64,000 bases of DNA from a virus (taxonomy: Duplodnaviria; Caudoviricetes), in IMG/VR virus record IMGVR_UViG_3300032233_001500, positions 12,767 to 76,766 of that record. One strand, written 5' to 3'. Positions within the stretch are counted from its first letter, which is position 1. The number at the start of each line of letters is the position of its first letter. This document shows, in pieces, positions 10,210 through 18,124 of the stretch. Made by a program: the position numbers and the translations under genes. The notes under the pieces were generated by a model. That model worked only from the letters and a program-made list of their open reading frames with translations. It did not search any database and was not told where the DNA came from.

Positions 10210-10440
10210 TTACCAATCTGGGTATTCCCAATACACTTTGGAATCAATCTTCTTCCTATTCTCAGTAATTCTTTGTACCGTACATACTTTACATTCATAT
10301 GAATACGCAGATGGAATATCCCCTCTACCCTTACGAGTTAAATAAAAACCATCTAATAAATCCTTTATTTCTCCACAAACTCTACATTTTCTTTGCGTAA
10401 AAATTAAATGTTGTAATTGAATTTGTTGCTCAAAATCCAT
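10210..10440 (-). CDS. Small putative zinc-binding protein (CxxC...CxxC)
   Basis: 76 aa with CRVC and CKVC; abuts the gp17 stop. Confidence 0.7.
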   Translation of the reverse strand: MDFEQQIQLQHLIFTQRKCRVCGEIKDLLDGFYLTRKGRGDIPSAYSYECKVCTVQRITENRKKIDSKVYWEYPDW

Positions 10441-12090
10441 TTATCTGTAATCCCACATATATTGCATATCTCCATATTCATCTGTATGCCAACGGTCTCC
10501 ACTCTCATCCACAAAACTTTCTCCAGAATCTAATCCATCACTCATAAATCCAAACGGAGCCATGTCTTGTTCAATTTGATTTTTCTGTTCCTCATAAATT
10601 CTCTTACGGACATCATTGTCCGTCATTTCTTTAAAATAAGGCTGTGCAATTAACCAAGAAAAAATTACCAAGCACATTGCAAGGTCATCATTGCAACCAT
10701 CTTCTGCTTCAAATGAGTTTGCTTTTTGAATAAAAGTAGTTAATTCACTAATGGTCTCATAATCTTTTACGATTAACTTATCATCTTCAATAAGAGTTTT
10801 GAGGTTGAGACATCCAATCTTTTTAACAGTCTTGGACATTTTAACTCCCATTTGCGATTTCTTTCCAGAAAATCCCTGACCAACTAATTGACCAGCACGA
10901 CCTCTCATTGTACACATAAGGATATTGTCGTATTCCAAATCAAAATGGAGAATTTGTCCCACTTGTTCTCCAATATCGTTAACTTCTACTAAGACATAAG
11001 CTTTATTATATGCACTCGCTACATCTTTGATGATGCTTGGAAACAACATTGGTTTTATTTGATTATTCCTATATTTTGCAACCAAACGATATGGAAAGGT
11101 TGTAGTATCACACACAGCAAATGCTGAATAATCCTTTTCAACTCCACGAGCAACGTCAACTGTTACCACATAATTATGATCTTTTTGCGGTTCTTCATAA
11201 ACATCCAATCCAGCACTTCTTGTAATTGGATCATCATATACTAAGGATGTGAGTTTTGATGCAGATATAAGAGTATCAACAGAACCCAAAAATTCACAAA
11301 GGTGTTCTGCTTTAAATTGTTCTTCACTAGTATTTGCAATCGTCTGTTGTTTCCACTTCTCGTCTCTACCAGGAACCTCGGACCAGTGAACTGCAGTTGC
11401 AACAAATTGACTTTTACTCCTTTCAGCATCGTGCCACATTCTGTAGAAGTGGTTCATACCTTTAGGGGTAGAAACGATAATTACCTTTGTGTTTTTACCA
11501 GAAGAAATTGTAGGATAAACAGATGCAAAGAAGTCATCTGCAATGTGATTTGGAACGAACGCAAATTCGTCCAAAAAGATAATGTTGAATGACATACCAC
11601 GAACAGCAGATGCCGATGTGGATGCTGCAAGTATCTTAGATCCATTCTCAAGTTCTAACGAACCTTTGTTCCAAGATACAATACCCTGTTGCATCCACTT
11701 GGGTAAATTTTCATAAGATAACTGCAATCTACTTAAGATTTCTCTTGAAGTTGACGCTTTGTTTGCCAGAATACCAATATTTACATTGTCATTAAATAAA
11801 AGGTAGTGTAGTAGATAGGATACAACAGTGGTTGTTTTTCCAACCTGTCTAGGCATTTTGCAGATATTAAATCTGTTCTTATGGAAATTACTAATTAATT
11901 TTTCTTGAAATGGCCAGATGTCAAAATTTACCAATCCCTCATCAACGTTGACAATCTTGATGTATTTTTTAGTAAAATAGACAGGATCATTTTTACACTT
12001 GATAAATTCAAGTACCTGTTCTTCTGTAAATTCTACGGCTACGTTAGCCTTCTTTAAATTGGGATTACCAAGATATACCTGATCAGACAT
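10441..12090 (-). CDS. gp17: Terminase large subunit
   Basis: Walker A PRQVGKTT, Walker B IFLDEFAF, nuclease motifs DVARG and DDLAM; T4-like YLGNPNLK start. Confidence 0.98.
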   Translation of the reverse strand: MSDQVYLGNPNLKKANVAVEFTEEQVLEFIKCKNDPVYFTKKYIKIVNVDEGLVNFDIWPFQEKLISNFHKNRFNICKMPRQVGKTTTVVSYLLHYLLFNDNVNIGILANKASTSREILSRLQLSYENLPKWMQQGIVSWNKGSLELENGSKILAASTSASAVRGMSFNIIFLDEFAFVPNHIADDFFASVYPTISSGKNTKVIIVSTPKGMNHFYRMWHDAERSKSQFVATAVHWSEVPGRDEKWKQQTIANTSEEQFKAEHLCEFLGSVDTLISASKLTSLVYDDPITRSAGLDVYEEPQKDHNYVVTVDVARGVEKDYSAFAVCDTTTFPYRLVAKYRNNQIKPMLFPSIIKDVASAYNKAYVLVEVNDIGEQVGQILHFDLEYDNILMCTMRGRAGQLVGQGFSGKKSQMGVKMSKTVKKIGCLNLKTLIEDDKLIVKDYETISELTTFIQKANSFEAEDGCNDDLAMCLVIFSWLIAQPYFKEMTDNDVRKRIYEEQKNQIEQDMAPFGFMSDGLDSGESFVDESGDRWHTDEYGDMQYMWDYR

Positions 12091-12103
12091 AATTCAACTC
12101 AGT

Positions 12104-12295
12104 TCAAAAATTTTTTGATAAATTAGATACTACTTCCTGTTGTTGGAGAAAAAGTTTACAATAAGCTTTTGCAAAATCCTTTGCTTGATTTTCATTTAGT
12201 TTATCTATAAGTCTTACTTGTTGTTCATAAACAAGCATTTTATTAATATCTTCAAGTTTTATGTCATCAGGATTCATAGTTTTATTTTTGAACAA
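12104..12295 (-). CDS. NblA-like small helical protein (candidate phycobilisome-degradation adaptor)
   Basis: 57-63 aa; helix-loop-helix pattern with QAKDF and L...K positions that align by eye to cyanobacterial NblA; probable start at MNPDD. Confidence 0.5.
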   Translation of the reverse strand: MFKNKTMNPDDIKLEDINKMLVYEQQVRLIDKLNENQAKDFAKAYCKLFLQQQEVVSNLSKNF

Positions 12296-14309
12296 CTACA
12301 ATTGGTTTGGTTGGATCGGAGGGACTTGGATACCATTGCATTATTACTGCACCAGGGTACAATTTCTCAACTTGCAATTTAACTTCATCTTTGGATGGTC
12401 TCTTTTGAGTTGGGAAGAATAATTGAAGGTTCATCATCGGTCTACCTCTCCAAGAGAATAGTATAGTATAAACTGCTCCCGTAGATTGTAGTCTTTGATA
12501 GTCTTCTGTTGTTAGTTGTCCAGGATGAATTACTGAATCTGCAAGTTTTGCCATTGATCCTGGTGTTGATTTTAATGGCAAATCAACGCCAGCAGCTTTC
12601 TTCTTCTGGAGTTCTATTGCTTTTGGTCCAAGTTGTGCAGCAGCTGCAGGAGTTAATGCACCAGCCCCAGATGATTTTCTAACTTCAAAACTCAAACTTT
12701 CAGGCATATTTCCTGGATGAGTTGTTGCAATAGTAAATTTTTTAGGAGCCAAGTCTACTGGTACTGAGAACATTTTCCAATACTTGGTCCCATATTTACA
12801 TTCTGAAGCCTTTTCATCTTTTTGGCACATTGGACAATATCTATGTACCTCATCATGAAAATGAATTTTCTTTTCGTGTGTCTTTATATTATGTTTCCCC
12901 ATAGGATTATCCAAGTCATCTGTATCACTATAATCTGTATTTTCACTCTTAGTGCCCCAATTTGCAGCACCTTTTTTACGGCATTGGACAAGTGCTCCAG
13001 ATGCATATGCACTTGGCCAAACTTTAAAACGACTCTTTACCTTTTTGTAACATGCATCTTTTTCTCCAGCAGATTCATTGGTATCAACCATTTTTGCTTT
13101 ACCTTTTCTATCTGGATTTGGATCTTCTCTTCTCTTTCTTCTTGCAGCAGAATTTTCTTCTTCAGGAGACATTTCCGCAGACATTTTTGAAGAACCGCAC
13201 TTTGGTTTTGTATCTTGTCCAGGTTGTTTTGCACAAGGTTTCCCAGCATACTTACCGCCTAACTGGACCCATCCAGGTTTTCCATCGGAGGACTTACTCT
13301 TAGAAAACCAATCATGAAGGGAATAATCTCCAGACTTTCTTTCTTCTTCTACATTACTAAAACCTTTAAATTTTTCATCGGTTCCTTTAATGAGATCAAT
13401 AACTGTTGCAAAAAGAGTTCCATTTGCATCTAGAATTTCAGTATCTTCTTTTACGTCTTTAAATTTCTTATGTTCTTTCTTTGCACTCGCTTCCATCTTT
13501 TTGAGACGAGTATAATAATCTGGAATTTCATCAAGATGTTGAAGTGCAATATCAGTTGCAGTATCTTTATCTGTTACGTGTTCGTGTTCAATCTTGATAC
13601 CCATATCAAGTTGATTTTGAATAAATGATGCATCCAATCTATGTTTTTTTGCAATTTGATCCACTGAATAATGTGACTTCAATGCTTCAGTAAATTCAAC
13701 ATTTTCTTTTACTTTTTTCTTTTTTCCTTGACAATGTGCTCTCTGAGAAAATCCTTTAGGATGATCGCAATCTATGGATTTTTTATACTTTTCTGACCAC
13801 TCTTCTTTTGTAACCGCTTTTGCTTGTGGTGCAGTCTGTCCTTTACGATTTGTATTAGTTCTATCAGTACCTCTCCACCCCTGTACCTGAGATGCAGTTG
13901 CTTCTCCCTTTCTTGGACCTCTTGGTTTTAATTTAGTAATCTTTGGTCCAGTTGGTGCAACAGGAGTTTCTTTCTTTTTACCCAATCTTTCTTCTTTTGA
14001 ACGAAGTTTCTTTCCTCTATCTTCGTGTCTTCCAAGAACCGCTTCTTTTACTTCATCTTTAGTTTCACTTTCACCACTATCAATATAATCAGCAACAGTA
14101 TCAATATAATCAGCTGCTTTAGTGATCTTTGATTGAATCCAGGCTTCAAGTTCACCTTCACCTTTAAGATGTTGCATCAATCTAGAAATTGCTGCCTGAG
14201 TAGTTTTCAACTCAGATCTAGCCATAGAGAATTCATAATCCTCTTGGATTGAATCAATGATTTGAAGGTCAGAAAGAATTGACCACTCCTTGAAACTGAG
14301 TTTACTCAT
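12282..14309 (-). CDS. Modular 675-aa late protein built from short unrelated cassettes (one DUF5661-like: GIKIEHEH...ALQHLDEIPDYY)
   Basis: ORF track; CTAAATA upstream; cassettes separated by hydrophobic-x-Glu linkers; the DUF label is recalled, not searched. Confidence 0.7.
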   Translation of the reverse strand: MSKLSFKEWSILSDLQIIDSIQEDYEFSMARSELKTTQAAISRLMQHLKGEGELEAWIQSKITKAADYIDTVADYIDSGESETKDEVKEAVLGRHEDRGKKLRSKEERLGKKKETPVAPTGPKITKLKPRGPRKGEATASQVQGWRGTDRTNTNRKGQTAPQAKAVTKEEWSEKYKKSIDCDHPKGFSQRAHCQGKKKKVKENVEFTEALKSHYSVDQIAKKHRLDASFIQNQLDMGIKIEHEHVTDKDTATDIALQHLDEIPDYYTRLKKMEASAKKEHKKFKDVKEDTEILDANGTLFATVIDLIKGTDEKFKGFSNVEEERKSGDYSLHDWFSKSKSSDGKPGWVQLGGKYAGKPCAKQPGQDTKPKCGSSKMSAEMSPEEENSAARRKRREDPNPDRKGKAKMVDTNESAGEKDACYKKVKSRFKVWPSAYASGALVQCRKKGAANWGTKSENTDYSDTDDLDNPMGKHNIKTHEKKIHFHDEVHRYCPMCQKDEKASECKYGTKYWKMFSVPVDLAPKKFTIATTHPGNMPESLSFEVRKSSGAGALTPAAAAQLGPKAIELQKKKAAGVDLPLKSTPGSMAKLADSVIHPGQLTTEDYQRLQSTGAVYTILFSWRGRPMMNLQLFFPTQKRPSKDEVKLQVEKLYPGAVIMQWYPSPSDPTKPIVVVQK

Positions 14310-14333
14310 ATTTTTAGATTACTTCCTATCTTA

Positions 14334-14765
14334 TTATTTAGATGTATCTGGGTTCATACTACTTTTAAGAAACTTTTGAAGTTCTGAAGTTGAACCTACA
14401 AATACCGCATTATTGGTGACAGTAGTTGGACCACCTTTATCTTCTTTATGAATATCCTTCATCTTCTTCTGAAGATCTAAAAGTTTATCCGTAACATCAC
14501 CAACATTTTTAATAAGTTGTCCAGCAACTTCATATGCTCTTGGGCTATCGCTTTCTTGTGCCAGTTCAAGAATTCCATTGATCGCTTCTTGACCTTTTTC
14601 TACAAGAGAATACAAATTACCTCTTGTATACTCATAGTCTTTATCAATTTGACTTTGACTATCTTTTAATTTTTCAATAATATCATTTGGTTCTTTTTTA
14701 ACAATTTCTTTTTCCACAGAAGTTGTTTCAATCTCTAAAGCATTATCAATAGATTCAAAGTCCAT
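14334..14765 (-). CDS. gp16: Terminase small subunit (cyanophage gp16 type)
   Basis: DYEYTRGNLYSLVEKGQEA...PRAYEVAGQLIK...NNAVFVGSTSELQK; position after gp15. Confidence 0.85.
   Translation of the reverse strand: MDFESIDNALEIETTSVEKEIVKKEPNDIIEKLKDSQSQIDKDYEYTRGNLYSLVEKGQEAINGILELAQESDSPRAYEVAGQLIKNVGDVTDKLLDLQKKMKDIHKEDKGGPTTVTNNAVFVGSTSELQKFLKSSMNPDTSK
14335..14341 (-). promoter_or_regulatory. Late promoter variant CTAAATA
   Basis: TATTTAG overlapping the gp16 stop, upstream of the 675-aa gene. Confidence 0.5.
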
Positions 14766-15814
14766 TATACATCAGTCCCTTTTGTGTTACTATAAACTTT
14801 ACCGTCAGAATACTCATAACGATATTCACTAAATCCAAAGTCATCGTCAAGATTGATGAGGTCATTATCTAGTTGATTAATTACATTGACCGCAGTTCCT
14901 TCTGCATGAGTCGTAATTTCAGTTTTATCTTGACCTCTATTAACTAATAGAGTATTTCCATTAATTTGTTTAATATACATTGATTCATTATCAATTTGAA
15001 CATAAGACTCTGCGACTAATGATGTTGCATCAGAAACAGTAAATTCTGTAATTTCAGTTGAAATATCTTCTGTAATGGTGGTAGTTCCATCATTATTATA
15101 ATCTTTAAGTGATCTTGGTTCCGCAATATACCTAAGTTGTCTGGTAGAATTGGCTCTATCAGTAGTACTATAGTAATCAACTTGTACTTTCTTAATAAGT
15201 CCCTCATTCTGACCACCAGCAGGACCAAACAAGTAAGTTTTTGCTGTAAAATCTAAAGTATAAATTAAAGCCCTTCTTTCAGTATAGTCACCTTCATATT
15301 GATCGTCCATATTGATTCTCTCAAGAATCATTGGAATGTCTCTTTTTTCCCCAATTTCTTTTACCAAATCTACGGTAAGAGTAAATTGTGGTTGAAAATA
15401 TGGAAGAATTTGTTCTATGATTTGTAGAGCATCTTCATTTAATTTTGATAAAATTGAAAGCCTTATATGAATATTATAAGGCACAGGCATAAAAGTTTTT
15501 GTTAACTTATTATCAGTCGTCTCTAAAGATTTAAAAGTTTGTAGTGTAGATACTTTTCTACCTGGATCATAAGTAATTCCTGTCATCTCAAATGACATTC
15601 TTGGCAAAGTAATTGCAACTCTTTTTCTTAGATCTGGTACTTGTTCCAATCTTGCTAAGAATTTCTGAACTGGACCATAAGCAATAGGAACGGTGAGAAT
15701 ACTAAAATCTGTTGCGTCGTTCTTCTTATGTTTTATCTGAATATCATTAAAAAGAGTACCAAAAGATACAATGGTCTTTCTCAATATTTCGTGATAAAAA
15801 TAATGACCTAACAT
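14765..15814 (-). CDS. gp15: Tail sheath stabiliser/terminator with C-terminal extension
   Basis: MLGHYFYHEILRKTIVSFGTLFN, VPIAYGPVQKF, LPRMSFE, QIIEQILPYFQP. Confidence 0.95.
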   Translation of the reverse strand: MLGHYFYHEILRKTIVSFGTLFNDIQIKHKKNDATDFSILTVPIAYGPVQKFLARLEQVPDLRKRVAITLPRMSFEMTGITYDPGRKVSTLQTFKSLETTDNKLTKTFMPVPYNIHIRLSILSKLNEDALQIIEQILPYFQPQFTLTVDLVKEIGEKRDIPMILERINMDDQYEGDYTERRALIYTLDFTAKTYLFGPAGGQNEGLIKKVQVDYYSTTDRANSTRQLRYIAEPRSLKDYNNDGTTTITEDISTEITEFTVSDATSLVAESYVQIDNESMYIKQINGNTLLVNRGQDKTEITTHAEGTAVNVINQLDNDLINLDDDFGFSEYRYEYSDGKVYSNTKGTDV

Positions 15815-15843
15815 AATGTGAGTGTGGTTTTGATAGTATTAAT

Positions 15844-15850
15844 TATTTAG
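15844..15850 (-). promoter_or_regulatory. Late promoter variant CTAAATA
   Basis: TATTTAG overlapping the gp14 stop, upstream of gp15. Confidence 0.5.
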
Positions 15851-17250
15851 TATTCACCAAAAGGATTTTTTTCACTAAAACTTACAATTGAATCGGCCTC
15901 AAGTTCTATTTCTATATTTTGTGCAAATGCATCTAAGAACTCATTATTTTGTACAGAGGAAATTTTATAACTTGACGCTGCACCAACTAAAGCTTCTCCA
16001 AGTGCAAAACTTCCGTCTACAACAGAAACTTTAAGAACTCTAGTATTTGCATCCCAACTCTTAACATATGCAGTTGTTCCACTCTTAGTTCCCGTTACCA
16101 GTTCATTATAAGTATAATCACCAAATGTGACTGCAGTTGGATCAGTGAAAGAAATACTTGGTAAAGTAGTATAACCAGCACCAGCATTTGAATAACGAAC
16201 TGCAACAACAACTCCATTTGTGTTGACAAAGGTTTCTGCAATTGCTGATGTACTGGAAATTCCACCACTGAATGTGATTGTTGGAACTGTAGAATATCCA
16301 ACTCCACCACTAGAAATTGCAACAGGACCAAGAACACGTCTTGCAATTACTGCAGTAGCAATAGCACCAGATCCACTATTACTTAAAATAGTGACCGTTG
16401 GTGGTTGAGTATATCCATAACCAGGATTGGTAAGAAGTATTCTGTCAATTGATGACCCAGTTTGACCTGTACGACTGGTCATAATTGCAACAGCAGTTGC
16501 AGTTAATCCGCCAGGTCCAGCCGTAGATATTGCAACGGTTGGGGTAGACAGATATGCATATCCATCATTGATCAGATCAATATATTGAACAGAATATACA
16601 GAAGGATTTGAAGATGCATAAGAAACCGTAGCAATTGCAGTAGTTGCTGCAGTTCCTACCATTTGAATTGTATAAATGTTTCCAAGATCTTTAATGGACT
16701 CATTAATACTAATACCATCCATATCAACTTCTGGAACATCAATAATTTCATCTTCATATTCAAATCTTTCACATCTAAGTTCATAAACGTAAAGATTATT
16801 TAATTGGTAGAATGGTTGTTTACCCTCTACATATTTAATTTCAAATAAAGATTCATCAAGTGGGAAGAAAATCAAATCCCCTTCTTGTGGACGAGTTGCA
16901 ACTTTAATTTGATCAGCGGGCCATAACTTTAAAAGAGGAGAAATAAAATCATCATATCTTTCTTTTGAAATAATCAAATTAATTTCATCTTTACTTCTTA
17001 CACCAAACTTTGATAAAAGATCTCCATTTCCACTAAAACCCTGATAATTCATCAAGTATGCTTCAATTCTATAACTATCATCAAATCTTGAAGCGGTTAT
17101 TTCTTTGATGATACTATTTTCTCCTACAATTTTTCTAGGCATATAAAGAACATCTTGTCCATACATCTTCAACTGTTCGTTGATTAAGTCTTGGACAAGT
17201 CTTTGTTCGCTTGGCGATCCTTGTAAAAAGTAAGAATTGAGTGGAGACAT
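15847..17250 (-). CDS. gp14: Neck protein with inserted repeat region
   Basis: NSYFLQGSPSEQRLVQDLINEQLKMYG, RPQEGDLIFFP, YELRCERFEY, terminal SFSEKNPFGEY. Confidence 0.93.
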   Translation of the reverse strand: MSPLNSYFLQGSPSEQRLVQDLINEQLKMYGQDVLYMPRKIVGENSIIKEITASRFDDSYRIEAYLMNYQGFSGNGDLLSKFGVRSKDEINLIISKERYDDFISPLLKLWPADQIKVATRPQEGDLIFFPLDESLFEIKYVEGKQPFYQLNNLYVYELRCERFEYEDEIIDVPEVDMDGISINESIKDLGNIYTIQMVGTAATTAIATVSYASSNPSVYSVQYIDLINDGYAYLSTPTVAISTAGPGGLTATAVAIMTSRTGQTGSSIDRILLTNPGYGYTQPPTVTILSNSGSGAIATAVIARRVLGPVAISSGGVGYSTVPTITFSGGISSTSAIAETFVNTNGVVVAVRYSNAGAGYTTLPSISFTDPTAVTFGDYTYNELVTGTKSGTTAYVKSWDANTRVLKVSVVDGSFALGEALVGAASSYKISSVQNNEFLDAFAQNIEIELEADSIVSFSEKNPFGEY

Positions 17251-17251
17251 A

Positions 17252-18073
17252 TTATCCTATGAGATCCAATGGTGGTAGTTCGTATTCTGTCTTCAGTAAT
17301 CTATCGCATTCTTCTAAATCTTTCATTGCATCTTCATACATCTGTCTTCCATTAAGTTGAACTCCACCTGGAAGCAAAACTCCTTGGAACTTAATCATAT
17401 TTTGTCCCCACTGCCTCTTAATCAAAGCGGTGAGATATTTTTTAAGCCACCAATCATTATACAGAGTTGGTGTGTTTGATGGATCTAAAATTCTATAACA
17501 ATCTACGATTACATATTCATCTCCACCAACACTACCCCAGTCAATATCTAAGTAAAGTTTATGATTTTTCTTATTAAATCTAATTTGTGCAGTAGGATTG
17601 ATAAGAAAATCCAGATCTTCTAGATAAGTCTTTACCATTGCATAGTTTAGAATATCAAGCGCACCATAATAATAAACGTCATTCAAGAATAACTGATATT
17701 TGATATTAAAGAGACCATCAGAAATCGTACTTGCGTTAATTTTAAGTACGTTATTTACTCCAATGATTGTATCTGGGAGAGGAAGATAATTAACTCCTTC
17801 TACCCAAGTTGCAGAAGTTAATCCAGTTCCAACAATTGGTGCAGATGTGGAGGTGGTTACTCCTAGATGTATGGTGTCCTTCTGTGCCGGAGTAAGTTTA
17901 TGTTTTAGAAATACACGATCAATTCCATCATAATGTCTTTCGTGGAAATATTGAATTGCATCATCAATCAGATTATCAATCTGATCATCATCTACATTTA
18001 TTTCTAATACTGGTTTTCCAAGCTGTTTGAGGCAGTATTCTTTCAACTCCGCTCTACTGGCTGGTTGTGCCAT
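17252..18073 (-). CDS. gp13: Neck protein
   Basis: ELKEYCLKQLGKPVLEINVDDDQI, WLKKYLTALIKRQWGQN, LPGGVQLNG. Confidence 0.96.
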   Translation of the reverse strand: MAQPASRAELKEYCLKQLGKPVLEINVDDDQIDNLIDDAIQYFHERHYDGIDRVFLKHKLTPAQKDTIHLGVTTSTSAPIVGTGLTSATWVEGVNYLPLPDTIIGVNNVLKINASTISDGLFNIKYQLFLNDVYYYGALDILNYAMVKTYLEDLDFLINPTAQIRFNKKNHKLYLDIDWGSVGGDEYVIVDCYRILDPSNTPTLYNDWWLKKYLTALIKRQWGQNMIKFQGVLLPGGVQLNGRQMYEDAMKDLEECDRLLKTEYELPPLDLIG

Positions 18074-18105
18074 AAAAAAATACCCCTAGTCTTCTAGAGG
18101 TATTT
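18074..18105 (-). terminator. Intrinsic terminator after the tail-fibre gene
   Basis: Minus strand AAATACCTCTAG-AAGA-CTAGGGGTATTT followed by a T run. Confidence 0.7.
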
Positions 18106-18108
18106 ATA
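18101..18108 (-). promoter_or_regulatory. T4 late promoter TATAAATA
   Basis: TATTTATA on + strand upstream of gp13, overlapping the 5' arm of the terminator. Confidence 0.75.
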
Positions 18109-18124
18109 AATTATATCCAAGTTT

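Noticed and set aside
5206-12090. Introns, inteins or homing endonucleases in gp17-gp20
   Set aside because: All four ORFs are continuous and of ordinary length, without splicing motifs
14710-14718. Isolated TTTTCCACA inside gp16
   Set aside because: Single copy explained by coding sequence (VEK); treated as background
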